A stretch of DNA of 63,317 bases from assembly GCA_963456355.1 (NCBI GenBank), contig CAUOLK010000001.1, positions 1 through 63,317 of the forward strand, written 5' to 3'. This DNA is from an uncultured Candidatus Saccharibacteria bacterium (GTDB taxonomy: Bacteria; Patescibacteriota; Saccharimonadia; Saccharimonadales; Saccharimonadaceae). Below the pieces are notes generated by a model that searched no databases, had not been told where the DNA came from, and saw only the letters and a program-made list of their open reading frames with translations. Positions 18,217 through 28,438 of this stretch are shown here, one piece after another (position 1 is the first letter of the stretch; each line of letters opens with the position of its first letter). The position numbers and the translations under genes were made by a program.

Positions 18217-20957
18217 TTCTTAGCTAACTCCAGCGTCTTAGACATCGTCTGGGTATAGTATCCTTCATCTCGAACGGTAGTGCTGATATTAACCGAGCCG
18301 GATAAGTCGTTGATCGTTGCATCCCACGAGCCGGTATCGCCAACATTGGCATCGTAAGTATTGCCATTGACACTGATAGTGACGGCGGTAATGGGGTGAG
18401 TGCCGGCCTTAGCTAAGACGGAGACGATGTATTTACCGGAGCCGGCGTCCTTCGTAGCGGTGATGTCCGAGATGAACGGAGCGACATCACTACAATGGTG
18501 ATAGTTGTCGTATGAATTAACATCATAGCCGTTAGGCGGTGTCAGAGTGGTGGTGCGTGAGACCGGGTCAGTCACTCTGATCACGTCAATGGTCTCCTTA
18601 GCTCCCTCGGGAGTACACTCGGTGGTACGGCGCTTAGTGACTCGGTCAAAGGTCATCTTGATAGCGTCGCTGGTCTTGCTCTTCTTGTTATACCAAGAGG
18701 GGTAGATGTCTTTGGCGCCGTTAAGAAGCAGAGTCTGTATGCCGTTTGGTCGGGTGAACCAATCGCCCGGCTTCCAGGCGCCGTCGGCTCGGAAGATATT
18801 ATGGTAGACGTTGCTGGTGATATCTGACACGATCCGTCCCAGACTGGCTCCATCGCCGCCTCGCAGTGCCTTGGGGACATGATTGCCGGTCCAGACGGCC
18901 AGGGTTGCCTTGGGGGTGTAGCTCATCATCCAGAGATCCTTCGGGTAGTAGCCAAGGTTGGAAGTACCGGTCTTAGTAGCGGTCTTAACGCCGTTAACGT
19001 AGAAACCTTGTGGTCGCCAGCCGAAGGTGGCTACTCTAGCCGAATCATCGCTCAGGATATCAGAGATGATGTACGAAGTCTGACTGTCCATCACTTTAGT
19101 ACCGTCGCCATCCTTCCATTCGTAGAGCTTTTCCTTTTGTGAATTAGTCACCTCGATGACGGTCTCGTAGGGCTTGTAGATGCCACCTCGGGCAATCGTG
19201 GCGAAGGCGTTGGCGTGCTCAACCTGCTTAGCGCCACAGCCGCCGATAGCCGAAGCGAGACCGGCATTAGTATCAGAACCGTCAGTACAGTAGCTAGCGT
19301 CACCGGCGGAGCGGATGAACTTCTGAGTAGCCTCGACGCCATTAAGCGACATTGCCTTGATAGCCGGGACATTACGGGAGCCGGCTAAGCTTTGGCGGAT
19401 GGGGATATTGCCCCTAAAGCGTCGATCGGCATTTTGGACTGACGTACCATCGGAAGTACGATAAACACTCTGAGGGATGGGAGTATCGGGGATGATTGAC
19501 CCGGCACCGTAAGTACCGTTTTTATTATTCTGATTGTCGATGAGAGCGGCGTAAACCAGCGGCTTGACGCTGGAGCCGGGCTGGATAAATGAGGTGGCGG
19601 CATTGACTGCACCGTAACCGGGGAAGTTGTAATTGCGACTGCCCATTACTCCGAGGATTTGCCCGGTTTGATTGTCAATCATAGTGAACGAGGCGTTGTC
19701 AAAGCCGTAGCTGCGGGGCAGCCAAGATAGATTACCCTCAAATAACTTGGTCATCTCGCCCTCCAATACGCCTTGGACTCGCATGTCTAGGGTTGTCTTG
19801 ATTGTCAGTCCGCCCTGCCCCATGACTTTGGCGCCTAGCTTATCGGTCAGCTCGTCTTTGACCATCTGGATGAAGTGGGGGGCTTTGGCGCCACTAAGCT
19901 GATTATCGGCCGGCTTGACCTTGTCCAGTACGGCGACTTTCTTGGCAGCCTCACCGTCTGCCCTAGAGATAAAACCTTGTTCCATCATGTAGTTGATGAC
20001 GGTCTTCTGGCGCTCTAAGAGCTGAGCATTACCGTCGGTGTTATAGGGGTTAAATAGGGTCGGTGACTGCGGGATAGATGCTAGCAAGGCGGCTTCGTCG
20101 ATGGTCAGATCTTTGGCGGATTTACCGAAGTAGGTCTGACTGGCTGATTCGACACCGTTACGACGTCCACCATAAGGCGACTCATTGAGATACATGGTCA
20201 AGATCTGGTCTTTGCTGTAGATCCGCTCCGCTTCAGTCGCCAGGATTGCTTCCTTGATCTTGCGGGGGATGCCGGAGATGCCGCGGTCGCTCGCCTCGTC
20301 TTCAAAGAAAACCTGCTTGACTAGCTGCTGGGTCAGTGTCGAGCCGCCCTGGGTCGAGCCTCGACGAAAGACATTATTAATGATAGCTCGCAGTGTACCG
20401 GTGAGCGATACGCCACTATGCTCGTAGAAGCGACGATCCTCGATCGCCACTGTGGCGTCTTTCATGTATTTACTGATCTGCTTCGAGTCAACCACCAGGC
20501 GATATTCGCCTGTGCCGGTATCCTCCCAGAGGAGCTGACCATTGCGATCGTAATATTTAGTAACGGTAGTCTGGACCCTCTTAGCCAGCTCGGACGGCTG
20601 GAGGCTCTTTAGCTCATTGCGAAAATAAAAGTAAGTGCCGATGCCTGCCAGTACCAGCAAAAGTAGGGCGATTCCAAAGATCTTACCCAGCATCTTGAGC
20701 CCGTCCATCGAGAACCAAAACTTAGCCAGGTGCCTGGGATTGAGCCGAGCCAGCAGGCGCTTGGCCGGATTCTTCGGCAAGGTGGCGAGATACTCGGCCT
20801 TACGCCTGAGCTTACGCTCTTTATTAATCTCTCGCTGACTCTTACCTCTGATCTTGGCTAAGCCGGAGTAGGTAGCATAGCGTCGACCGGTCTCGCTTGA
20901 CCCCCTGGTATTACTGCGCACTGTCTTAGTCTTACTTGATGAACTTTTCTTTGTCAT
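18213..20957 (-). CDS. Class A penicillin-binding protein (GT51 transglycosylase + transpeptidase)
   Basis: EDRRFYEH.G, GGSTLTQQLVK and RKIKE; SxxK (SSVK), SxN (SRN) and KTG motifs; N-terminal TM helix. Confidence 0.94.
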   Translation of the reverse strand: MTKKSSSSKTKTVRSNTRGSSETGRRYATYSGLAKIRGKSQREINKERKLRRKAEYLATLPKNPAKRLLARLNPRHLAKFWFSMDGLKMLGKIFGIALLLLVLAGIGTYFYFRNELKSLQPSELAKRVQTTVTKYYDRNGQLLWEDTGTGEYRLVVDSKQISKYMKDATVAIEDRRFYEHSGVSLTGTLRAIINNVFRRGSTQGGSTLTQQLVKQVFFEDEASDRGISGIPRKIKEAILATEAERIYSKDQILTMYLNESPYGGRRNGVESASQTYFGKSAKDLTIDEAALLASIPQSPTLFNPYNTDGNAQLLERQKTVINYMMEQGFISRADGEAAKKVAVLDKVKPADNQLSGAKAPHFIQMVKDELTDKLGAKVMGQGGLTIKTTLDMRVQGVLEGEMTKLFEGNLSWLPRSYGFDNASFTMIDNQTGQILGVMGSRNYNFPGYGAVNAATSFIQPGSSVKPLVYAALIDNQNNKNGTYGAGSIIPDTPIPQSVYRTSDGTSVQNADRRFRGNIPIRQSLAGSRNVPAIKAMSLNGVEATQKFIRSAGDASYCTDGSDTNAGLASAIGGCGAKQVEHANAFATIARGGIYKPYETVIEVTNSQKEKLYEWKDGDGTKVMDSQTSYIISDILSDDSARVATFGWRPQGFYVNGVKTATKTGTSNLGYYPKDLWMMSYTPKATLAVWTGNHVPKALRGGDGASLGRIVSDITSNVYHNIFRADGAWKPGDWFTRPNGIQTLLLNGAKDIYPSWYNKKSKTSDAIKMTFDRVTKRRTTECTPEGAKETIDVIRVTDPVSRTTTLTPPNGYDVNSYDNYHHCSDVAPFISDITATKDAGSGKYIVSVLAKAGTHPITAVTISVNGNTYDANVGDTGSWDATINDLSGSVNISTTVRDEGYYTQTMSKTLELAKK

Positions 20958-21037
20958 TGACCCTCTCGCACTCTCAAGTTAACGCTACCATTTTAGCACG
21001 ACATTATTGACTGCACCAAACATGGTAGAATATCAGT

Positions 21038-22264
21038 ATGAGCACCAAACTTAGCGAAGAGCTGAAGTGGCGGGGGCTGGTGGGGCAAACTACCATTGAT
21101 GACCTAGCTACCCTTGACCGGCCGGGAGCTTTTTACTTCGGGGCTGATCCTAGTGCTGACAGTATGACCATTGGTAACCTGGCCGGGTTAGTTACTTGCC
21201 TACGCTTCGTCCGGGTGGGGTACAAGGCTATCTTTCTAGCTGGCGGGGCGACCGGTCGGGCCGGTGGCGACCCTGATGGTAAGGACGAGACTAGGGCTAA
21301 GCTGGATGAGGCAACGATCAAGCGCCGAGTCGGGTTGCTACAACAGCAGGCTAAGTGGATCTTGCGTGATACTGATCTCGTGACGGTAGACAATTACGAC
21401 TGGTTTCAGCAGATTAATTACATCGACTTCTTGCGGGATGTCGGCTGGCATTTCTCGATGACGCAATTACTTGATCGTGATTTTGTCCGGAAGCGGATTG
21501 GCGCCGGCGGTAAAGGGATTAACTATGCTGAGTTTTCTTACTCGCTGATCCAGGGCTACGATTTTCTTCACCTTTATCGGACACATGGTGTTACTCTGCA
21601 GCTGTGCGGGGTCGATCAATTCGGCAATTGCACTAGTGGGATGCGAATGGTTGATAAGCTGGAGGGGGCGAGAGTTGATGTCTTTGGTATTCCTCTGGTG
21701 ATCAATAAGTCAACCGGCAAAAAATTCGGCAAGTCAGAGGGCGGGGCGGTCTGGCTTGATTCGGCTAAGACATCGGTCTATCAGTTCTATCAGTTCTGGC
21801 TTAACGTTGACGACCTAGGTGTGGTTGATTACCTTAAGGTGTATACCTTTTTGAGCCGGGAAGAGATTGGTGAGCTTGAGGCTCAGCAACAAGCCCATCC
21901 CGAGGCTAGGCCGGCTCAGCGTCGCTTGGCTGAAGAGGTGACTAAGCTGGTCCATGGCGAGGCGGCTCTAGCTAAGGTGCAGCGGGTGACGGAAGTGCTG
22001 TTCGGCGGTCGGGCGGTGAGCGAGCTGGATAGCGACGAGCTTGACCTGCTGAGTGCCGAGATCAAGACAGTAGAGCTGACGAGCGAACTGACGGTTGGTC
22101 GGGCGCTACTGACCGGTGGAGTGGCGAGTAGTAACGGTGAGGCTAGACGGCTAATCCAAGGCGGTGGCGTATCGGTGAATGGTGTCAAACTGGCGACTGA
22201 TCAGCAACTTAGCCGATGCAGCTTAATCAGGAAAGGTAAGAACCGGTTCGTGCTGGTGTGCTAA
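21038..22264 (+). CDS. tyrS: Tyrosine--tRNA ligase
   Basis: YFGADPSA, QGYDF, GVDQFGN, KFGKS and a C-terminal S4 domain. Confidence 0.96.
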   Translation: MSTKLSEELKWRGLVGQTTIDDLATLDRPGAFYFGADPSADSMTIGNLAGLVTCLRFVRVGYKAIFLAGGATGRAGGDPDGKDETRAKLDEATIKRRVGLLQQQAKWILRDTDLVTVDNYDWFQQINYIDFLRDVGWHFSMTQLLDRDFVRKRIGAGGKGINYAEFSYSLIQGYDFLHLYRTHGVTLQLCGVDQFGNCTSGMRMVDKLEGARVDVFGIPLVINKSTGKKFGKSEGGAVWLDSAKTSVYQFYQFWLNVDDLGVVDYLKVYTFLSREEIGELEAQQQAHPEARPAQRRLAEEVTKLVHGEAALAKVQRVTEVLFGGRAVSELDSDELDLLSAEIKTVELTSELTVGRALLTGGVASSNGEARRLIQGGGVSVNGVKLATDQQLSRCSLIRKGKNRFVLVC

Positions 22265-22270
22265 TGAATC

Positions 22271-22954
22271 ATGAAGCAGCCTAAGACATCTAAACCGTTA
22301 AAGTCATCCGAGCCGACCGAATCGACTAAGCTGTCTGAGTCGACGAAACGACCTCGGCTAGTTAAGTTAACTAAGTCGACCATGCCAGTCGATAGGTTGT
22401 TTACTAAAGATAACTTGACTCGGCTAACCTATGATATCTTGGCGGTTTTAGCTAAGTCGCTAGTGGCAGTAGCCGGGCTGATTAGTTTGTTTCTGCTGAT
22501 GACTTTAGTGTTTGGTCAGGCGGCCAGCCTGAACCGCTTCCTAGATCAAGCCGGCAACCCTTTAGCGAACGCCGGTTATCATCCTGACATCTCTATGGAA
22601 GTGCGAATGAATATCATTAACCAGTTTTATAGCTGGGTGATAGTGGCACTGGGTATCTTGATCGTTGTGGGGGCGGTACTACTGGTCTGGATTCTGCTCC
22701 AGTGGTTGTCTCGACTAGGCAACTTAATGCTGAGCCTGGGGGCTAGTCTGATGGATAGTCAGCCGGAAAAGGCGTCACTCTTCATCATCCTGACTATCTG
22801 GTCGATGACTATTGTGCTGGCCTGGGCGGTGCTAAATATAACGGCGACGCTGCATTACTTGCTGACACTATGCGGCATGATGCTGGTCAACTTGCTGCTG
22901 GCCGGTATAGTCAATATGCTTCATGAGCGTCTAGTCGAGAAAGATGAATCTTAA
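22271..22954 (+). CDS. Hypothetical membrane protein
   Basis: About 4 TM segments and a low-complexity K/S/T/P N-terminus; sits in the tyrS-recG run. Confidence 0.65.
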   Translation: MKQPKTSKPLKSSEPTESTKLSESTKRPRLVKLTKSTMPVDRLFTKDNLTRLTYDILAVLAKSLVAVAGLISLFLLMTLVFGQAASLNRFLDQAGNPLANAGYHPDISMEVRMNIINQFYSWVIVALGILIVVGAVLLVWILLQWLSRLGNLMLSLGASLMDSQPEKASLFIILTIWSMTIVLAWAVLNITATLHYLLTLCGMMLVNLLLAGIVNMLHERLVEKDES

Positions 22955-24992
22955 TACTTCACTACTGGAGGTACAGGGAGTCGGCCCCAGAACCGGCGAG
23001 ATACTAGCAAGGGCCGGCTTCCGGACGACCGGCGACCTGATCAATTTCCTGCCTCGCACTTACGATGATTGTACCGGGGCGGAGAGTATCGCCGAGATTA
23101 GACCGGGAAAAGTGACTATCAGAGCTCGGGCGGAGTCGGTGGAGACTCGCTTTGCCAGGCGTAATATGAAGATAACTACCGCAGTGCTTGTCGATGATAA
23201 TGGCGACAAGATTCAGGCGGTCTGGTTTAATCAGCCCTATCGGGCTAGTCAGCTGAGGGGTGGCGGTGAGTTCTATTTTAGCGGTGAATTCGCTCTGAAA
23301 AGGAGTCGTTATCAGCTGTTGACGCCAGCTTGCGAGGCGGTACGTAATCTACCGGCGACCAGCGATCGGATTGTGCCGGTCTATTCAACCAAGCAGGGAG
23401 TTAAGCCGGCCATGGTCAAGAAGATTATGGCTAAGCTCAAGCCTCTGATCACCATGCTGAATGAAACCTTACCCAGCGACGTTGTCCGAGAGGCTGGTTT
23501 AATGGATCGGGCTACGGCGGTGAGAGAGCTGCACTTCCCGACCAATCGGGATAAGCTGGCTCTGGCTCGGCGTCGCTGGGCCTACGAAGAGCTATTCTCT
23601 CTCTTGCTGGCCGCCAAGATGAACCGACGGGCTAATCAGCAAATCAAGGGGTATAGATTGCCATTTAAGCAGTCGGAGATCCGGCGATTCGTGGCCGAGT
23701 TGCCTTTTAGCTTGACTGAAGCGCAACGTCGGTCGGCGTGGGAGATCTTGCAAGACTTCGAGCGAGACGTGCCGATGAATCGTCTATTACAGGGCGACGT
23801 TGGCTCGGGCAAGACGGTAGTGGCGACCATGGCGGCATATCAGGTAGCGCTAGACGGCTATCAATCAGCGGTGATGGTACCGACTGAGGTATTGGCAGCA
23901 CAACATTTCGCTACTATGACCAAATTGCTGAGTTCAACTAATGTCAAGATCGGTCTACTGACGGGGGCGATCAAAGGTAAAGCCAGGCGAGAGCTACTGG
24001 ACCGGATCGCCGAGGGCGAGATTCAGCTGGTGATCGGGACTCATGCTTTGTTTCAGCCTGCGGTGCAGTTTCACCGGTTGGGCTTCGTGGTGATTGACGA
24101 GCAACATCGCTTCGGTGTCAAGCAGCGCCAAGATCTGCTGGCTAAGACTAACGACCAGCGCCTGCCACACTTACTGGCGATGACAGCCACGCCCATCCCC
24201 CGGTCACTTCAGCTAACGGTTTTTGGCGACCTTGATATCTCGACCCTCGATCAATTGCCACACGGTCGACGCCGGGTCAAGACGAAGATAGTCTCGCCTA
24301 ATCAACGAGACACCATGGTGGAAGCAATCAAGCAGGAGCTGGAGGCCAACCACCAGGTCTATTACATCGCTCCTTTGATCGCCGAGTCGGAGCAGTCAGA
24401 AAAAACCGGTGCCGAGTCACTCTATAAAAAGGTGGTCGGTAGCTATCGGGGGTATCGGGTCGGTATCTTGCACGGTAAGATGCCGTCTGAGAGCAAAGAG
24501 GCGGTGATGCGTCAGTTTGAGCGACACCAGCTGGATATCCTGGTCTCGACGACCGTGGTTGAGGTGGGAGTGGATGTGGCAAATACCACGGTCATGGTAA
24601 TCGAGAATGCTGATCTGTTCGGGCTGGCCCAGCTGCATCAGCTGAGAGGGCGAGTCGGGCGAGGCGAGTCTCAAGCCTACTGCTATCTGATGCAGTCAGA
24701 TAGTAAAACGCCGACTAAGCGACTCAGGGAAATTGAGCGGTCTAACGATGGCTTTCATTTGGCGGAGGTTGACCTGGCGATGCGAGGAGCCGGCGAGATC
24801 TACGGTACCGCTCAGCACGGTGCGCTCAATCTCAGGGGCATCAATCTGGCGGATACGCTATTGATCAAGCAGGCGTCAGATGAGGCGGAAAAAGTGATGG
24901 GGCGCTTGATCGCTGATCCATCTTATCTGGACAGATATCAGGGGCTGAAGTCGGTGATTAATAAGTACCAGAAGTTGACCACGTTAAACTAG
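22944..24992 (+). CDS. recG: ATP-dependent DNA helicase RecG
   Basis: RLLQGDVGSGKT, DEQHRFGV, MTATPIPRSL and LHQLRGRVGR. Confidence 0.97.
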   Translation: MNLNTSLLEVQGVGPRTGEILARAGFRTTGDLINFLPRTYDDCTGAESIAEIRPGKVTIRARAESVETRFARRNMKITTAVLVDDNGDKIQAVWFNQPYRASQLRGGGEFYFSGEFALKRSRYQLLTPACEAVRNLPATSDRIVPVYSTKQGVKPAMVKKIMAKLKPLITMLNETLPSDVVREAGLMDRATAVRELHFPTNRDKLALARRRWAYEELFSLLLAAKMNRRANQQIKGYRLPFKQSEIRRFVAELPFSLTEAQRRSAWEILQDFERDVPMNRLLQGDVGSGKTVVATMAAYQVALDGYQSAVMVPTEVLAAQHFATMTKLLSSTNVKIGLLTGAIKGKARRELLDRIAEGEIQLVIGTHALFQPAVQFHRLGFVVIDEQHRFGVKQRQDLLAKTNDQRLPHLLAMTATPIPRSLQLTVFGDLDISTLDQLPHGRRRVKTKIVSPNQRDTMVEAIKQELEANHQVYYIAPLIAESEQSEKTGAESLYKKVVGSYRGYRVGILHGKMPSESKEAVMRQFERHQLDILVSTTVVEVGVDVANTTVMVIENADLFGLAQLHQLRGRVGRGESQAYCYLMQSDSKTPTKRLREIERSNDGFHLAEVDLAMRGAGEIYGTAQHGALNLRGINLADTLLIKQASDEAEKVMGRLIADPSYLDRYQGLKSVINKYQKLTTLN

Positions 24993-25004
24993 AGGAGAAG
25001 TGTG

Positions 25005-25571
25005 ATGGCTAAACTGAGAATTATCGCCGGTCGATTTGGCAGTCGGCTGATCAACGCCGATGTCGGTCGAGCAACCCACCCCATGGGAGACCGGGTGCGC
25101 TCGGCGCTGTTTGCCAGGTTGCTTTCTCATCGGTCGATAGACGGCGCTAAAGTATTAGATGCTTTCGCCGGGACGGGGGCGCTGGGGCTAGAAGCATTAA
25201 GCCGAGGCGCCGGCTCGGTGGCCTTCGTTGAGCGGGATAAAGTAGCGCTAAGGGTGCTTAGGGGTAATGTTGAGCTTCTGGGTGTGAGCGAGCAAGTAAC
25301 GGTGGTGAGCACTTCGGTCAAAACATGGTTAGACACTAAAGATCAGTCGGACTCGTACGATATCATACTGGCTGACCCGCCTTATAATTATCCACAGCCG
25401 GAGACGGTATCAAGACTGGTGGAGACTTTGCAACCGGGTGGGCTTATGATACTATCATATCCAGGAAGACTGCGTGTGCCGTACCAACCTATCGGAGTTG
25501 TTGTGGTGGATGATTTTCGAAGTTACGGAGAAGCGACACTAGCAGTCTTCCGGAAATTATCCGACCGCTAG
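25005..25571 (+). CDS. rsmD: 16S rRNA m2G966 methyltransferase RsmD-like
   Basis: LRIIAGRF, VLDAFAGTGALGLEALSRGA and DPPY. Confidence 0.9.
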   Translation: MAKLRIIAGRFGSRLINADVGRATHPMGDRVRSALFARLLSHRSIDGAKVLDAFAGTGALGLEALSRGAGSVAFVERDKVALRVLRGNVELLGVSEQVTVVSTSVKTWLDTKDQSDSYDIILADPPYNYPQPETVSRLVETLQPGGLMILSYPGRLRVPYQPIGVVVVDDFRSYGEATLAVFRKLSDR

Positions 25572-25580
25572 CGGTCTTTT
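25563..25580 (+). terminator. Intrinsic terminator after rsmD
   Basis: GACCGCTAGCGGTC palindrome followed by TTTT. Confidence 0.55.
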
Positions 25581-25589
25581 ATTGTTTCT

Positions 25590-25800
25590 AGTGTGGCAGT
25601 TCGTAGTGTCGTTGTATTGGATATTCGTTGGTAGCCTCATACACCCCGTGGCTATTCTTAGTGTTGATTAAGATCGGAAAAGGGCAACTTAGCCAGGGTT
25701 GAAAACTGACGTCAAGGAAGCGGAGCAAGAGCCTGAGCAACCTTTTAGGATAATCTAAGAGGCACCACCGGCGAGATACCGAGTGATAGACCCCTACCTA
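25590..25800 (+). ncRNA. Candidate rod-shaped ncRNA (6S-like; SRP-like less likely)
   Basis: Nested pairings GGTAGCCTC/GAGGCACC, TCTTAG/CTAAGA, AAAAGG/CCTTTT and CTTAG/CTGAG in a gap between convergent genes. Confidence 0.35.
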
Positions 25801-25806
25801 GCTATT

Positions 25807-26925
25807 CTATTCCCAATGAAAGAGCTTGATGGCGAGGAAATAAACGACAATTATCCAGCCGATTATCATGCCAAGCTGGGGCAAGATACTGACCAAGCCA
25901 GCTTGTTCAGTCATGATCAGACGAAAACCATCAACGATGGGCGTCATCGGGACGAATCGGCTAATGGAGCTCAGCCATTCGGGCATTAGAAATGACGGGA
26001 AGAACGCTCCGGAGAGAAACATCATCGGGAAAGATATGATGTTTGACAGTAACGACGCCTGGTTTTCATTCTTAGCCCAAGCACCGACGATTAGCCCAAG
26101 ACCGGTCATTAGGCTGGCACTCAGGACTAAGAAGCCGCTGAATAGTAGCCAGTCGCCCCGCATATTAAAGTGAAACAGTAGCATGCCGACTGCCACCATT
26201 AGGGAGGCACTCAGAATGGTTACAAAGACATAGCTGATCGCCGTAGCGATGATTAGCTGCCCGGCAGTGAATGGGGCGGCTTGTAATCGTCGATAAGAAC
26301 CTCTCTGCTTTTCGGCAGGCATCTGGTTAGCGAGACCAAATACACCCATGCTCATCAAGCTAAAGGCAAGTAGTCCGGTAAAGGTGTAGTCAAAGGTTTT
26401 TAGCGCCTCATCTCCTAGCGCTTTAGAGGCGACCGTGATCGGTGGCTCAGCTTGCCCCATAGCCTTGTTGATACTATCGGCTATCTGAGACATCAGGGCG
26501 CTGAGAGTATTACCGGCTTGCTCAGACCCCTTGGCGTAGAGAGCAGTTAATGTACCACTTGGTCTGGCGTTTACTCCTTCGCCTTTTATTTCGCCGAAAT
26601 CTTTAGACAGCTCGATGATACCATCTAACTCCGACTGTTTTAGTCGTTCCTTAGCCTCTGTCATATCAGCAACATCTTTGACTCGCAAGATAGACTCCTT
26701 TTTGGTGTTCTTGATCTTGTCGACGAATTGCCGGGCAAATTTAGTTTGGCTATGGTTGATGATAGCTACGCTAAAGGTGGAGGTCTGGTTGCCGAAGATT
26801 GAGCCGAAAATAAAGAGGAAGATCAGCGGAAACAGGAAGGTGAAAAATAGCGCCGTCTTGTCTCTGAACAGTCGCTTTAGCAGGGCAATTACTTGACCCT
26901 TAACACCGCCCCAGTATTTCTTCAT
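25807..26925 (-). CDS. ABC-2 type exporter permease
   Basis: N-terminal TM helix, extracellular loop, five further TM helices; EKQRG and FLSGAFFP motifs. Confidence 0.9.
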   Translation of the reverse strand: MKKYWGGVKGQVIALLKRLFRDKTALFFTFLFPLIFLFIFGSIFGNQTSTFSVAIINHSQTKFARQFVDKIKNTKKESILRVKDVADMTEAKERLKQSELDGIIELSKDFGEIKGEGVNARPSGTLTALYAKGSEQAGNTLSALMSQIADSINKAMGQAEPPITVASKALGDEALKTFDYTFTGLLAFSLMSMGVFGLANQMPAEKQRGSYRRLQAAPFTAGQLIIATAISYVFVTILSASLMVAVGMLLFHFNMRGDWLLFSGFLVLSASLMTGLGLIVGAWAKNENQASLLSNIISFPMMFLSGAFFPSFLMPEWLSSISRFVPMTPIVDGFRLIMTEQAGLVSILPQLGMIIGWIIVVYFLAIKLFHWE

Positions 26926-26928
26926 CGT

Positions 26929-27693
26929 TTAGTCCCTCAATGCCTTTCCGGTTAAATCAATAAAAACATCCTCCAGGCTAGCCTGTTCGACTATCTGCTC
27001 CTTGACGAAACCTCGATCCAGCAGCCCTTGGATCAGATTGTGCGGACTATCCAGTGCTATGATCTTACCGCCGTCCATAATCGCTATGCGATCGCACAGC
27101 AGCTCAGCTTCCTCCATGTAGTGAGTGGTTAGGACGACGGTCACGCCCTCGTCTCGAATCTGCTGGATCAGCTCCCACATATTTCGTCTAGCTTGCGGGT
27201 CAAGCCCGGTGGTTGGCTCGTCAAGGAAGAGAACTTTGGGGTGATTGACTAGAGTAGAAGCGATGGCGAAACGTTGTTTCTGGCCGCCCGACAACTCCTC
27301 TACGTAGCTATCTGCTTTTTCGGTTAGCTGTACTTTGCTCAGTAAGGCATCGGTATCTACTTCGGTGCCGTAGAGACTACCAAACATCTTGAGCTGCTCT
27401 CTTAAGTTTAGCTTGTTGTAAAAGGCGGTCGATTGGAGCTGGATGCCGATGATACTCTTGACTTTCATAGGCTCTTTACTGACGTCGAGACCATCAACCA
27501 TCGCCTTGCCGCCGTCGATCTGACGGAGCGTCTCAATCATCTCTAGAGTGGTGGTCTTGCCGGCGCCATTCGGACCAAGCAAGCCGAAGATCTCATCCGG
27601 ATACACCTCAAAAGAGATATCGTTGAGTGCTCGTTTCTTACCGTAGCGCTTGACGAAATGAGATACAGTGATGATCGGCTGCTTCTTAGTCAT
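26929..27693 (-). CDS. ABC transporter ATP-binding protein
   Basis: GPNGAGKTT, LSGGQKQR and FLDEPTTGLD. Confidence 0.95.
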   Translation of the reverse strand: MTKKQPIITVSHFVKRYGKKRALNDISFEVYPDEIFGLLGPNGAGKTTTLEMIETLRQIDGGKAMVDGLDVSKEPMKVKSIIGIQLQSTAFYNKLNLREQLKMFGSLYGTEVDTDALLSKVQLTEKADSYVEELSGGQKQRFAIASTLVNHPKVLFLDEPTTGLDPQARRNMWELIQQIRDEGVTVVLTTHYMEEAELLCDRIAIMDGGKIIALDSPHNLIQGLLDRGFVKEQIVEQASLEDVFIDLTGKALRD

Positions 27694-27751
27694 AATAATT
27701 TACTGCGATATATAATAGCACAGTTTACTGACGATGCTATATACTAGCGTC

Positions 27752-28405
27752 ATGAAGATTAAGGACAAGCTTAAAGCTGACCGACCCAGGGAGAAGCTGG
27801 CTCGCTATGGCGCTGAGCGATTAAGCGATCTGGAGCTACTGATGGCGATCATTGGCAGCGGTAACGCTCAGGCGGATGTCGGCGTGATCGCCCGCCGGGT
27901 ACTTAGATTGCTGCGAGAGAAGGACGGCGAACTGGCGTATAGTGACCTGCGCAGTGTGGTTGGCCTGGGCGAAGCGAAGATCCCGGTGATATTAGCTAGT
28001 CTAGAGCTGGCTAAGCGATATCTGGTCGATAGTGATCGACCGGTGGTTGATTCGCCGGAAAAAGCAGTAGTTTTACTGGCAAATATTCGTGACAAGAAGC
28101 AAGAGCACTTCGTCTGCCTAACTCTCGACGGGGCGAACCGCCTGATCACTCAGCGGGTGGTAACCATCGGTACGCTGACTGCCAGTCTAGTACACCCACG
28201 AGAAGTCTTCGCTGATGCTATCACCGATCGAGCTGCCGGTGTCATCGTGGCGCATAATCATCCGAGCGGGAGCCTGGAGATCAGTCAAGCCGACCGAGAC
28301 GTCACCGACAGGCTGACGGAAGCCGGCAAGCTCCTGGGGATCACGCTAATCGACCACATCGTCGTCACTAAGAGTGAGTATCGGAGCATAGTAGGTCAGG
28401 GGTGA
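27752..28405 (+). CDS. radC: RadC/JAB-domain protein
   Basis: RPREKL, LSDLELL, VHPREVF, HNHPSG...S..D and DHIVV. Start chosen 6 nt after TATACT. Confidence 0.92.
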   Translation: MKIKDKLKADRPREKLARYGAERLSDLELLMAIIGSGNAQADVGVIARRVLRLLREKDGELAYSDLRSVVGLGEAKIPVILASLELAKRYLVDSDRPVVDSPEKAVVLLANIRDKKQEHFVCLTLDGANRLITQRVVTIGTLTASLVHPREVFADAITDRAAGVIVAHNHPSGSLEISQADRDVTDRLTEAGKLLGITLIDHIVVTKSEYRSIVGQG

Positions 28406-28438
28406 ACTAACTCCAAAATCTGCTATAGTTTACTATAT

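Noticed and set aside
22271..22385. Roughly 18-nt periodicity at the start of the membrane-protein gene
   Set aside because: Degenerate low-complexity K/S/T/P coding sequence, not a discrete array.
27752..28405. radC as a marker of an integrated mobile element
   Set aside because: It is the full-length form with host-like composition, and no integrase, transposase or att repeats were found.
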